Shown here piece by piece: positions 1 through 9,699 of a stretch of DNA of 64,000 nt; position 1 is the stretch's first letter, and each line of letters opens with the position of its first letter. Both the position numbers and the translations under genes were made by a program. This DNA comes from Candidatus Latescibacterota bacterium (lineage in GTDB: Bacteria > Latescibacterota > UBA2968), in the NCBI GenBank assembly GCA_965205975.1, contig OZ242195.1, forward strand, positions 3,200,001 through 3,264,000, in the 5' to 3' direction. The notes under the pieces were generated by a model. That model was not told where the DNA came from, did no database searches, and saw only the letters and a program-made list of their open reading frames with translations.

Positions 1-243
1 TTGATCTGCCAAATGGAAAGAACTACCATCGTGGTCAACAAGCGTCAAATCGCCGCCAAAAAGATAGGGATCGGCAGAAAGGGTGAGATCGGGATCGGAC
101 TGCGGCGCGCGCTCAAGCGGTTTACAGGCCATAAATAGCAACAGCAAAATGCAAAGTAGAAAGTGCAAAAAGCCTCTCCAGCCCCCCCTTATCCCTCGCC
201 ATTTATCTGCGCCCATCTGCGCCCATCTGCGGATCGTATTCAT
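1..243 (-). CDS. SCO1/SenC family lipoprotein, N-terminal part (runs off window start)
   Basis: Not in ORF track. Manual translation from ATG 243, overlapping the PCuAC stop as ATGA: ...FLLCILLLLFMAC...LFGGDLTLVDHDGSSFHLADQ. Lipobox plus GG-x-F/L-TL-x-D-x-x-G typical of the SCO N-terminus; adjacent to PCuAC. Confidence 0.7.
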   Translation of the reverse strand, partial: MNTIRRWAQMGADKWRGIRGGWRGFLHFLLCILLLLFMACKPLERAPQSDPDLTLSADPYLFGGDLTLVDHDGSSFHLADQ

Positions 244-782
244 CTGCGCCCTTCACTCCGAAAAGAAACAACAGGTGCCCGAAGCGTCTGCACCTGACCA
301 TTTGCAAAAGTGAGCGTAAGCGCGAGCGAATCGCCCGGAGCCAAATCGCGTCTGAGACCAATGAGCATAAGATGGTTGCCACCGGGTTGCAAAGTCGCTG
401 AACCATCTTCTGGAATCGGCAAACGGTCAATTTTTTTCATCCGCATAATATTGCCATCCGTCGTCATAACGTGGATCTCGGCAACCTCAGCCGCAGGCGT
501 AGAAGCAGAAACGAGTGCAGTCGCCATTCCCTCATTGTGAATAGCCAGATAAGCCGCAGTCATCGTCTGTGGTGGAATATTCTGCCGCACCCATGCGTTT
601 TTAATGGACACAGAAGAAATATCCCGATCACTGCATCCCATCCCAAAAAGCAACCACAGATGAACACAGATGAACACAGATAGGTACACTACAGGAGTGA
701 ACCAGAGTTGTTGTATTTGCGCGTGCGCTGAAGAAGCACCAACTCGCACGAACCCTCCTGCCCATTCTTTTATCCTGAACAT
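240..782 (-). CDS. PCuAC family periplasmic copper chaperone (lipoprotein; start uncertain)
   Basis: NAWVR...TAAYL...EIHVM...MRM...L-x-PGGNHLML Cu(I)-binding H/M motif. Confidence 0.9.
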   Translation of the reverse strand: MFRIKEWAGGFVRVGASSAHAQIQQLWFTPVVYLSVFICVHLWLLFGMGCSDRDISSVSIKNAWVRQNIPPQTMTAAYLAIHNEGMATALVSASTPAAEVAEIHVMTTDGNIMRMKKIDRLPIPEDGSATLQPGGNHLMLIGLRRDLAPGDSLALTLTFANGQVQTLRAPVVSFRSEGRR

Positions 783-785
783 CCT

Positions 786-1187
786 TTAATCCCGAACATC
801 CTGATCCTGCAACGAAACAATATAAATGGAAATAATCCTGCGCTCTTCTTCCGGAATTTGGGGATAGCCGGGCATACCCATGCCCCGTTCATTGAGCGCG
901 CCTTTGAGGATCGTACGCGAAACAGCCTCAATCGAACGCCCGTATTTATAAACCTTGGGATCGTGAAAATCGCGGGGCCTTGGATTCAGAGTACGCGCGA
1001 TCTGACCATTGCCATGACCGTTGCGACCATGGCAAACCGCGCACCCGTATTTTGTATAAAGAACCTTACCTCTCTCAATATCTGCCGCGGCAAACTGCGG
1101 TCGCTGAGGAGGTTCGGCTTTCTGTTCTGGTGAATTCTGGCAAGCCATCAAAATGACGCAGACAGTTGCGAGAAAGAGGCGAAACAT
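786..1187 (-). CDS. Monoheme c-type cytochrome lipoprotein
   Basis: CAVCH heme motif, distal MP (MGMPGY), lipobox ILMAC; start re-placed at ATG 1187 after GGAG. Confidence 0.85.
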   Translation of the reverse strand: MFRLFLATVCVILMACQNSPEQKAEPPQRPQFAAADIERGKVLYTKYGCAVCHGRNGHGNGQIARTLNPRPRDFHDPKVYKYGRSIEAVSRTILKGALNERGMGMPGYPQIPEEERRIISIYIVSLQDQDVRD

Positions 1188-1245
1188 AACATCTCCCGAT
1201 ATAGTTGATTTAAATATACCCAAAACGCGGAACACAAAAAAGCAA

Positions 1246-2283
1246 TCAGTCGCCTCTGCGATTCGCCTGCGATTGTGGCGTAAGATCAAACCACGTCTCG
1301 TGGCCCTGAAAAAAGCGATCGAGTTCATCGACCATGAGTTTGAAAAAGTGCGGATAATCATCGCCCGTATGGCCTGAAAAATGCGGACTTAAAAACACAT
1401 TGGGAAGGTGAATAATCTCACTATCGGGGGGAATAGGTTCCGGATCAAAAACCTCGAGACCCGCGGTAATATCCCCTCGCTTGAGACGTTCGATCAGAGC
1501 ATTGGAATCGACAATCGCGCCGCGCGAAACATTGACAAAGGCCGACCCGGGCTGGATGAGATCGAGTTCGCGTTTCCCAATCATACCTCTGGTGCGCGGT
1601 GTAAGCGGGGCAACGCAGACAATAACATCGCATTCCGCAAAAATCTTATCCATTGAAGTCTGCGTAAAACCCACAATCTCGGCAATATCGCGGGACAAAT
1701 ACGGATCGTAAACCCAAATATCCGTATTAAAAGGACGCAAAAAAGAAATGAGACGGCGGCCCATATGCCCACACCCAATAAGACCGACGCGCTTGCCGAA
1801 TAGCATACCGCGCATATCGCGGTTCTTGGCACCGATTGTATCGCCAACAATAATGCGGCGAAACGCAGCCCCCGCATTGCGCAACGCGATCAGGATAAGC
1901 GCGAGCGCCCATTCGGCAACTGGATAAGACGACCCCTGAGTCGTATCAACCGTGCGGATACCGCGTTCCCAGGCCGCATCGAGATCAATGCGCGCGGCAA
2001 AGCGGTCGCCTTCCAATTCGCCAACCAACTTCAAATGCGGCGCATTATCCATCACCTCAGCATCAATCGTGGGGCACCCGGAGCACACGACAACAGCATC
2101 CGCATCCCCCATACAATCAATTAAACCCGCAATAGTTCCGGGATCGCGAGGGGCTTCATAAATATTGCCACCCTCGCACTCAAACCAATCCCATGTGGCG
2201 AAGGTCTCAAGGCGGGCGAGTTCCTCCGGCGGAAAATAGCTATCTCGGACGCGCTTATTAGACGCGAGAAGGACTTTTGGCAT
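1246..2283 (-). CDS. D-isomer-specific 2-hydroxyacid dehydrogenase family protein
   Basis: GLIGCGHMG Rossmann motif, NVSRG, EVFDPEP, SPHFSG. Confidence 0.88.
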   Translation of the reverse strand: MPKVLLASNKRVRDSYFPPEELARLETFATWDWFECEGGNIYEAPRDPGTIAGLIDCMGDADAVVVCSGCPTIDAEVMDNAPHLKLVGELEGDRFAARIDLDAAWERGIRTVDTTQGSSYPVAEWALALILIALRNAGAAFRRIIVGDTIGAKNRDMRGMLFGKRVGLIGCGHMGRRLISFLRPFNTDIWVYDPYLSRDIAEIVGFTQTSMDKIFAECDVIVCVAPLTPRTRGMIGKRELDLIQPGSAFVNVSRGAIVDSNALIERLKRGDITAGLEVFDPEPIPPDSEIIHLPNVFLSPHFSGHTGDDYPHFFKLMVDELDRFFQGHETWFDLTPQSQANRRGD

Positions 2284-2285
2284 GT

Positions 2286-3746
2286 TTAACCTCTTTTCGA
2301 ATTGGGCAAAGGAACCCTATCATTCGTCTGCATCTGCCATTGACGAATACGCTCAGTCAGGTCTCGAATACGATCTCTGCATTTGGGATCATCGAAATAA
2401 TTGACAATTTCATACGGATCGGCATTCAGATCGTAGAGTTCACACTGATCGTGCGCGCTGAGATTGAGTTTCCAGCGGTCGGCAGAGATGATAGACCGCC
2501 AGGGCGTACTCATAGCGGGATTGACCTCGGCCTCGCCGGGACGCGGGTGTCCATCGTTGCGGTTCCACTGAATAAAAACATCATTCTCCAACAATGTCTC
2601 ATCGCCGTCCAGCACAGGCACGCGGCTCTCGCCTTGCAGATGATCGGGAATAGATTCACCCATCAAATCCAGAAGCGTAGGCACGAGATCAATATGTGAA
2701 ATATTCCCCCCGATCACACGCTGCTGATTGGATAACCAGGGCACATGCATGAGAAGCGGAACCTTGACGGACTCCTCGTACAAAACAGTCTTGCCCAAAA
2801 TACCGTGATCGCCCACCATCTCGCCGTGATCACTGGTAAACACAATAATCGTATTATCCGCCTGACCGCTCTCCTCAAGCGCAGCGAGAATTTTGCCAAC
2901 AGAGTGATCGATCAACGTAACATTGCCATAATAGCGCGCGCGAACAGCACGCCAGCCCTCATCTGTGCGAAGATCGTAACCGTATTCTTCGGACTCCATA
3001 TAATAAGCGGACAAAACGCGATTGAGAAGAGACGCATTGGCCGGTGGCTTCTGGCGAAATGTGGGACCAACGGGAAGTCCTGAAGGATCGTAATAATCGT
3101 TTAATGGACCGGTATGCGGTGGATGCGGCTCCAGATAGGAAACGGCGAGCACAAAAGGATCATCGCCACAGTCGCGTATAAATTGGGCAGCGCGGTCGCC
3201 CTGGAAAGACGCCTTGGTAAAAGGTTCATCCATACTCGCTTCAACATGGCGGGAAAAAACGCGCTGACCTTCGGATTCGGAATTGGGTTCGAAGCCATTT
3301 TCCACCAAAAAATGATGATAGTCACTGCGGTATGCATGGCGTTCAGAACTCGAAAAAAAGCGACGGTACGAATCCTCGGTACCAACCCATTCGGAAAAAC
3401 CGTGCTGCGGAAAAATTTCATCGCCGAGATGCCACTTGCCATTATAACAACAGCGATAATCCGAAGACACCATCTCCGCAATGGTTTGCACATCTCGAGG
3501 CAACGGAACATTGCACGCTGGCACCCGCGCGGTATGCGGGTAAAGACCGCACAACATCGTGGCACGCGAGGGACTGCACACGGGCTGGCTCACATAGGCA
3601 TTCTCAAAAACAAAACTCCTATCCGCAAGCGCATTGAGATGCGGCGTATCAATATGATCATTGCCATAACACCGCATCGTATCCGCGCGCTGTTGATCCG
3701 TAAAAATAAATAACAAATTCGGTTTTCTAAGAAATGCGCTCATCAT
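2286..3746 (-). CDS. Cys-type sulfatase
   Basis: KPNLLFIFTDQQR, CSPSR, GKWHL, SDHG motifs. Confidence 0.93.
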   Translation of the reverse strand: MMSAFLRKPNLLFIFTDQQRADTMRCYGNDHIDTPHLNALADRSFVFENAYVSQPVCSPSRATMLCGLYPHTARVPACNVPLPRDVQTIAEMVSSDYRCCYNGKWHLGDEIFPQHGFSEWVGTEDSYRRFFSSSERHAYRSDYHHFLVENGFEPNSESEGQRVFSRHVEASMDEPFTKASFQGDRAAQFIRDCGDDPFVLAVSYLEPHPPHTGPLNDYYDPSGLPVGPTFRQKPPANASLLNRVLSAYYMESEEYGYDLRTDEGWRAVRARYYGNVTLIDHSVGKILAALEESGQADNTIIVFTSDHGEMVGDHGILGKTVLYEESVKVPLLMHVPWLSNQQRVIGGNISHIDLVPTLLDLMGESIPDHLQGESRVPVLDGDETLLENDVFIQWNRNDGHPRPGEAEVNPAMSTPWRSIISADRWKLNLSAHDQCELYDLNADPYEIVNYFDDPKCRDRIRDLTERIRQWQMQTNDRVPLPNSKRG

Positions 3747-3805
3747 CAAAACCTCCAGCAATCAGCAGTCAGCCCGCCCTACTACCTATTCCTAATTTTT
3801 AATTT

Positions 3806-5023
3806 TTAATTCGTCAACCGCCACTGCGACCTGGGAATCACAACAGCGATCACAGCGAGAACGACACACCCCGCAATGGCAAACACCGCGCAGTGCAAAA
3901 GCGTATGAGACAGCCCAATATCCGAACCTTCTGAAATACCAGCGAGAAGGGTCAAACAAAGAGAAAATGACAAACGTCCAATCAGACTCTGAATTGAAAG
4001 ATACGTCGCGCGATGGTGTTGTTGCAAACGCGGTACAACTGCAGCATTGAGAGGCGCAATCATAAGCGCGCGCGGAACAGAGCGCAAAGCCAACAGAAGC
4101 GCAACAACGGGATGAAAAAAGAACCCCATCAATGCAATGAGAACAACCTGCACCCCTGCGCTGAGCATAAGCGCCGACCGGGTACCAAGATGATCGCGCA
4201 GGCGAATACTCTGTCTTGCAAACCATGCAGCAATGCCCATCGTCAGCGCCGTGTGCAAACCCGTAAGCAACGGCGTGGGAGCCTGTCCGCCGAGCAACTG
4301 GATATAGGGCTGATAAAATTCATAAGGGATATGGTTGACAACCGTCATAAAAACGGAAAACAGCATCAACCACCCGAGCACGGGTTGGCTGAGATACGCA
4401 AGACAGGCGCGAATCTGCAAAAAAAATCCCGAAGCCTGTCGCGCAGTGCTGGCCTCTCGGTCGGGTTCGGCAAATAACAAAACCAGCGCAAAAGCCACGC
4501 ACGCCGCCAACAAAGACAGGCCATAAGCGACGCGCAAAGCAAAGATAGACACCGCCCCCCCAAGGAGCGCAGCACCTGCCGAAGCAATAAAAACATTCCG
4601 CGTAATGCGCGCTTCGCGCTGGGGATAGGCATCTTCTCGCCCCAAACATTTGAGCAAATCGTAGTGAAACGACGTATCCGTGCCAGACCGAAAGGCCATG
4701 CTTGCAGCCAGCCCAATTTGCGCCAGCACAAAAATACCAAAAGACCCACCCAAAAAAAACAGAGCGTACGCAAAGATCGCTGAAACAGCAGAAATCAGAA
4801 GGGTCAGACGACGCCCCAGAGTATCGGACAAATACCCGGAGGGCACTTCCAGAACAACAACCGCAACATAGTAAATGGCTTCAAGACGCAGCACCTGCTC
4901 AATGGGCATGTGCTCGTTAAAATACAAAAAAAACACAGGCAACCAGAAATACGCCTGCGCGAGGGGAGCATAAATCGGATACAATCGAACGCTGCGGGTG
5001 AGTTCAGAATGTAACATCGTCAA
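3806..5023 (-). CDS. MFS transporter
   Basis: About 12 hydrophobic segments; EVPSGYLSDTLGRR motif A. Confidence 0.88.
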   Translation of the reverse strand: MTMLHSELTRSVRLYPIYAPLAQAYFWLPVFFLYFNEHMPIEQVLRLEAIYYVAVVVLEVPSGYLSDTLGRRLTLLISAVSAIFAYALFFLGGSFGIFVLAQIGLAASMAFRSGTDTSFHYDLLKCLGREDAYPQREARITRNVFIASAGAALLGGAVSIFALRVAYGLSLLAACVAFALVLLFAEPDREASTARQASGFFLQIRACLAYLSQPVLGWLMLFSVFMTVVNHIPYEFYQPYIQLLGGQAPTPLLTGLHTALTMGIAAWFARQSIRLRDHLGTRSALMLSAGVQVVLIALMGFFFHPVVALLLALRSVPRALMIAPLNAAVVPRLQQHHRATYLSIQSLIGRLSFSLCLTLLAGISEGSDIGLSHTLLHCAVFAIAGCVVLAVIAVVIPRSQWRLTN

Positions 5024-5035
5024 TTGCGGATGGTT

Positions 5036-5380
5036 TTACTCATGCCTGAAACTGACCATAGCGCGGTTCACCGTTCTGAACGTTTGAAAAGCCGAAGCCA
5101 GAGACGTGACCATGAGAATACTCTCAATTCTTCTGGTAATACCCACCAGACGCAAATCACCACCTGCTGCTTTGACAGTCGCCAGAGATGCCGTGAGAAC
5201 TCCGAGCATCGCACTGCCAAACCATCTGACGGCAGAAAAATCGACAATCACGCGATTGGTGCCACTTGCAACGAGTTGCTTGATGTGGTCGTGAAACGGC
5301 ATAACATCAGGACCGTCCATCAGTTCACCTGTAAGGGTAATAATCGCGATATCGTCCTTGATTTCTTCTTTCAGATTCAT
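5036..5380 (-). CDS. STAS-domain anti-sigma factor antagonist
   Basis: VIVDFSAVRWFGSAMLGVL...GGDLRL STAS pattern; start at ATG 5380. Confidence 0.85.
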   Translation of the reverse strand: MNLKEEIKDDIAIITLTGELMDGPDVMPFHDHIKQLVASGTNRVIVDFSAVRWFGSAMLGVLTASLATVKAAGGDLRLVGITRRIESILMVTSLASAFQTFRTVNRAMVSFRHE

Positions 5381-5621
5381 AGCTACTTCCTTTGTTAAAT
5401 GAGATTGGATATTCCTCGACAGCGATAACATAAGCCCCTTATACCGATTTTACAACTATTTCTTAATCTACAAAAGGGACTGGCCTGGAATTTGCAGGAG
5501 TGAAATACAACCTGGAAATTGCAGGTATAATGAACGATATGTTCAAGTTAAACCGCGTGAAATGAACGCAACATGCTTGACTTTTCAGCTATTTTTCTTC
5601 ATTGTGTGAATAGGAAATTGC

Positions 5622-5954
5622 ATGGCTATCGGCAGACGATGGGCGGTTAAAGATCAATACGGCAACATCATCTATCTTACCGATGAAAGATGGGGGCACA
5701 TTATTGATCCCTGGAACCATCCTGAAATGCGGGATTTTGAAGCACATCTTCGGGATACAATTCGATTGGGACAACGCAAACAAGAACCTTTGAATTTTCA
5801 TAAATACCGATACAGCAAACCCTTTGACGACCTGGTCGGAGACAATACGCATATCGTCGCCATTGTCCTTTTCAAATTTCGGGAAGTAAACGGCCATGAG
5901 ATTGCGAACAATTATATTCTCACAGCATACCAAAAAGAGATTCTGACAATATGA
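5622..5954 (+). CDS. Putative RelE/barnase-like nuclease toxin (PBECR2/DUF4258-like)
   Basis: IYLTDERWGHI...HPEM...ILTAY pattern; overlaps next gene (ATGA). Confidence 0.5.
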   Translation: MAIGRRWAVKDQYGNIIYLTDERWGHIIDPWNHPEMRDFEAHLRDTIRLGQRKQEPLNFHKYRYSKPFDDLVGDNTHIVAIVLFKFREVNGHEIANNYILTAYQKEILTI

Positions 5955-6313
5955 ATGAACCCAATTTCAACTACGACAGAGAAAGTGATACACTCTATAT
6001 TTCATTTGAACCCAATGTTAAAGCAACAGGCATTGCGCTGAATGATCATATCCTACTTCGGATTGATAAGGCCAAACGCAAAGCTGTTGGACTGACATTT
6101 TTCGACTATTCGATTTTGACGCAACAAACGAACATAGGGCCTCGGAGTTTCCCCTTGACGGGCCTGAACGATCTATCCGATGCCCTGAGAGATATGGTTG
6201 TAGATATTCTTCAACGCTCACCCATCAAAGAAATCCTTCCGCTATCGGCCTATACGCCATCTGCCATTGAAATGATTCCCATTACATCACTGATGTTACA
6301 CAGGAAGCATTGA
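5951..6313 (+). CDS. DUF2283-like protein, putative antitoxin partner
   Basis: N-terminal YDRESDTLYISF...ILLRID...VGLT. Confidence 0.6.
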   Translation: MNEPNFNYDRESDTLYISFEPNVKATGIALNDHILLRIDKAKRKAVGLTFFDYSILTQQTNIGPRSFPLTGLNDLSDALRDMVVDILQRSPIKEILPLSAYTPSAIEMIPITSLMLHRKH

Positions 6314-6373
6314 CCTACTACCGCAGTAATACACCATTCACTCGCCTTCATACCCCACTGACAAAGACTATCG

Positions 6374-6413
6374 AAAAAACGGGACACCTGAATCAGGTCC
6401 CGTTTTTGCTTTT
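6374..6413. terminator. Probable bidirectional intrinsic terminator
   Basis: AAAAAACGGGAC-ACCTGAATCAG-GTCCCGTTTTT between convergent genes. Confidence 0.65.
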
Positions 6414-7525
6414 TAAGTCATCGGATCTCGTTTGAGCAAAGGCAGTGGATTGGGCGTGACGAGCACACCGCCATTTTCATAGGACTCAATCGCCGCCCAC
6501 GTGTATTCGAGAGCCGCGAGCGAATCGTGACCCGAAGCGCGGAGTTCTTCTCTGGGCACACCATTGGTGACATCCTCGAGAAAGGCGTGGATGCGATTGG
6601 GAAATGTGGTGCCAAAATCGGCAATCCCCGTATCATCAACAATGGGATCGGGCGCAGCACCGTGCGACATATTCTCCGGCATAGGTGCTGTGCCGGGCGC
6701 GGGCCAGAAAGTGATTTTTTCAACGCAATTTTCAATACAAAAAGTCCCGCGCGTACCCGCCACTTCAACGCTCCACCAGCCGCCCAGACCAAAAGTGACA
6801 TCGCCGCGCTGGCTCAGCAAATAACCCATCGCACCGCTTTCAAAACGCACGTGAATACTATTGAGGGAAATCATGAGATCGCCCGCTTGCTTGCGAAAAC
6901 TGGGGCGGTCAAAAAATGCCTGCACATGGGTGATATTCCCGCAAAAATCGCGCATCACGCTAAAAGGATGCGTGAGAAAAGCCTTGACGTGAAAATAGGG
7001 ATGTCCCCACGATTTAGGCCCTTTGCCTGGTCTATAAGTCTCTTCACCACCTGCAAAACCCATCTTGTGAATACAATAAATTTGTTCGCCCACTTTGCCT
7101 TCTGCGATATATTCCCGCGCCTTGTCCGCCGGTTGAGAAAAATAATGGTTGAGATTGCAGCCGAGGTACAGATTTTGTTCTGCGGCATAAGCGACCATAT
7201 CGCGAGCTTCATCAATATCGTTGGACAGGGGTTTTTCACACAAAACGTGTTTGCCAGCGGCGAGAGCCTCCATCGTGGGTTCATAGTGCCAACTGCCATT
7301 CTCATTTCCCCCGGTCGTGACATCGACAATATCCAGATCCTCGTTCCCCAACATATCTTTGAGACTATAATAAGCTTTAACACCGTGTCTTTCCGCAGCC
7401 TTATCCGCGGACTCTTTGACAACATCGCACACCGCAACGAGATCTGCAAGATCGTCTTCTGCATGACAGCCCGCATGCCGGTTGCCAATACCCCCCATAC
7501 CAACAACACCAACTTTAAGTGCCAT
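6413..7525 (-). CDS. Gfo/Idh/MocA family oxidoreductase
   Basis: VGVVGMGGIG, HVLCEKP motifs. Confidence 0.9.
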   Translation of the reverse strand: MALKVGVVGMGGIGNRHAGCHAEDDLADLVAVCDVVKESADKAAERHGVKAYYSLKDMLGNEDLDIVDVTTGGNENGSWHYEPTMEALAAGKHVLCEKPLSNDIDEARDMVAYAAEQNLYLGCNLNHYFSQPADKAREYIAEGKVGEQIYCIHKMGFAGGEETYRPGKGPKSWGHPYFHVKAFLTHPFSVMRDFCGNITHVQAFFDRPSFRKQAGDLMISLNSIHVRFESGAMGYLLSQRGDVTFGLGGWWSVEVAGTRGTFCIENCVEKITFWPAPGTAPMPENMSHGAAPDPIVDDTGIADFGTTFPNRIHAFLEDVTNGVPREELRASGHDSLAALEYTWAAIESYENGGVLVTPNPLPLLKRDPMT

Positions 7526-7684
7526 AAGAATATCTCCTGAAAAAAGTGATTAGTGAATCGCGTAATCTAAAGTATCCCGCGCTCAAACCGCTTGAGCACC
7601 TCGCCCAGTCCGGACAACGGCACCATAAATAACCGAAGATGTGACAATATGCAACTTAAACTTTCAAATTTACCCCATTATCCA

Positions 7685-9424
7685 TTACGCCGCACTCGCC
7701 TTACTCCGAATCTCCGTCATAAGAAAAGGCGTTGCCGCCCGTCCGCCCCCGGGCAGTCCAAGAGGCAATTTCACATCCAGCAAAAAGGGGCGCTCCTCGC
7801 CCTCTACCACATCCAATCCCCGCTCAATAGCATCCTCCAAATCCGATTCCTCATTGACCTGCACCCCCTCCACGCCAAACCCCTCTGCAATTTTCACCGG
7901 ATCAATCCCATCCAGAACCACGCCCGGATATTCTCCCGTCTCCTTCATCACACCGCCCGCCCGCTCAAAATTGGTCGCCACAATCCCATAAGACCGATTA
8001 TTTGGAATCACAAAAAGCACCGGAATCTGGTGGTGGGCAGCCGTCCAAAGCCCGGAATCGGCATAATACATCGACCCATCGCCCACCAGCCCAACCACGG
8101 GCTTGTGCGGCACCGCCAGCTTCAACCCAATCGTACCACCAATCCCATACCCCTCCGATCCTCCGGCCGCCCGGATATAGGCATTGCGCCCCGCGCCATA
8201 AGCATCTCCCCGACTATCTATTGGCAGGGCGTATTGCTCGACCATCATCAAACCACCACCCAACTTCTCCAGCCCCCGATCGATTGCATCCACCAGCACA
8301 TAGGGTCTCACTTGCCCGGCCTCCTGCGCCACGCGCTTTGCCGCTGCTTTTCGCTTTGCGTGAAGAGAAGCAGCGTGCATCTCGGCGCGGGCGAGACGCT
8401 CGGCAAAAGACACCTGAGACGAAGCGCGCTCAAGACATTCAAGCGTCCTGAACTCATCTGCTAAAATCGCGAGATCCAATCCCGGAAGATTCGTAAAATT
8501 CTCGACATCTGGCCCAATCCCAATCAGGCGTTGCGCACCCGACAACGCATTAAAATCCTGGGGTTTCCCGCGACCATTGTGACGCACGCCAATGCACACA
8601 ATCAGATCGGGTGACACCTCGGCAACAGCCTCTGCAATCCGCCCGCAGTGCAGGCTGTGGCTTCGCGGAGTCCTGCGCATCTCCGTCCACGTACCCGCAA
8701 TCGGGCAGCCATACTGCTCTGCCAGCGCCATAACCCGCGCCTCTGCTCCGCTCTTCCAAATACCGTCTCCAACATAAAACAGCGGCCGCTGGGCATCGGA
8801 CAGCGCGCGAATAACGGCTTCGACATCCTCATCTGCCGGATAACCCGCCCGTACGGACTGAATCTCCCCCTCAATAATCTCTGTACTCACCCTATCATTT
8901 CCGAGCAACCGATCGTAAACAGCGAGGTGAACCGGACCGACCGGCGGTGTTTTGGCAACCCGCAACGCGCGCTCAATCGCCTGCGGCAAGCCATCGGATT
9001 CAATCACCGTCCAACTCGCCTTGGTAAAAGGCTCCGCAATCGAAGTTGGCCCCACATTATGCGTCAAATCCAGACCCACCCGGTCTCCATAACTCCCCGT
9101 ATCTCCCGCAAACGTAAGCACCACCACGGGCAGGCTGCCACTCCAAACATTGATCAACTGCCCCAAACACTGCGCCAACCCGGCACCCAGATGCACGACC
9201 ATCACGGCCGGATCGAGATTTCCCTGTGTATATCCCCCCGCCATCGCGGCCACACTCCCCTCGTGAAGCCCCAAAATACCGTGAACATTGGGATTTATGT
9301 GGAGCGCGTCAAAAAAGAGCGCCTCCCGAGAGCCAGAGTTGTTAAACACATACTGCACGCCCAGCGCGGCGAGTTGTTCTACGATAATTTCGGATGGGGT
9401 CGCTGTAATAGATCTCTTTTTCAT
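7685..9424 (-). CDS. ThDP-dependent enzyme, benzoylformate decarboxylase-like
   Basis: LHEGSVAAMAGGY; GDGS...NN ThDP motif. Confidence 0.85.
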   Translation of the reverse strand: MKKRSITATPSEIIVEQLAALGVQYVFNNSGSREALFFDALHINPNVHGILGLHEGSVAAMAGGYTQGNLDPAVMVVHLGAGLAQCLGQLINVWSGSLPVVVLTFAGDTGSYGDRVGLDLTHNVGPTSIAEPFTKASWTVIESDGLPQAIERALRVAKTPPVGPVHLAVYDRLLGNDRVSTEIIEGEIQSVRAGYPADEDVEAVIRALSDAQRPLFYVGDGIWKSGAEARVMALAEQYGCPIAGTWTEMRRTPRSHSLHCGRIAEAVAEVSPDLIVCIGVRHNGRGKPQDFNALSGAQRLIGIGPDVENFTNLPGLDLAILADEFRTLECLERASSQVSFAERLARAEMHAASLHAKRKAAAKRVAQEAGQVRPYVLVDAIDRGLEKLGGGLMMVEQYALPIDSRGDAYGAGRNAYIRAAGGSEGYGIGGTIGLKLAVPHKPVVGLVGDGSMYYADSGLWTAAHHQIPVLFVIPNNRSYGIVATNFERAGGVMKETGEYPGVVLDGIDPVKIAEGFGVEGVQVNEESDLEDAIERGLDVVEGEERPFLLDVKLPLGLPGGGRAATPFLMTEIRSKASAA

Positions 9425-9572
9425 AACCCCTCACCTCCTTGGCAATTTGTCCTGAAAAAACCCATTGTGAAGTATGATAACCCCGCGCCCAGAACAGCAC
9501 AAGCAATACCAGAACAGGTGAGATTTCCTTTGTCGCGCTCGGGATGTATTTTATATTGACGGCAAAACCAGC

Positions 9573-9620
9573 GAATAGACGAATAGACGAATAGACGAAT
9601 AGACGAATAGACGAATAGAC
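9573..9620 (+). repeat. (GAATAGAC)6 tandem array followed by GAACCCCGC
   Basis: Six perfect 8-mers counted directly. Confidence 0.95.
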
Positions 9621-9699
9621 GAACCCCGCTCCACCACCCAAAGTTGTTACAATCCCCGTCGTAGATTCGTAGATTCGCGCTTTTCTACAGGAGACCACA

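Noticed and set aside
1188..1361. N-terminal extensions in the ORF track for cytochrome c (also 36526-37554, 40488-42383, 13983-14909)
   Set aside because: They overlap neighbouring genes or lack an RBS; internal ATGs with clear RBS or signal peptides were used instead.
6527..7540. Long antisense ORFs (also 10766-12013, 24637-26052, 31558-32667, 41103-42005)
   Set aside because: Shadows of well-supported genes on the other strand, with no recognisable motifs.
9573..9620. Short tandem arrays (GAATAGAC, CACAGATGAA, CTTCACC) as CRISPR
   Set aside because: Units of 7-10 nt with no unique spacers and no cas genes.
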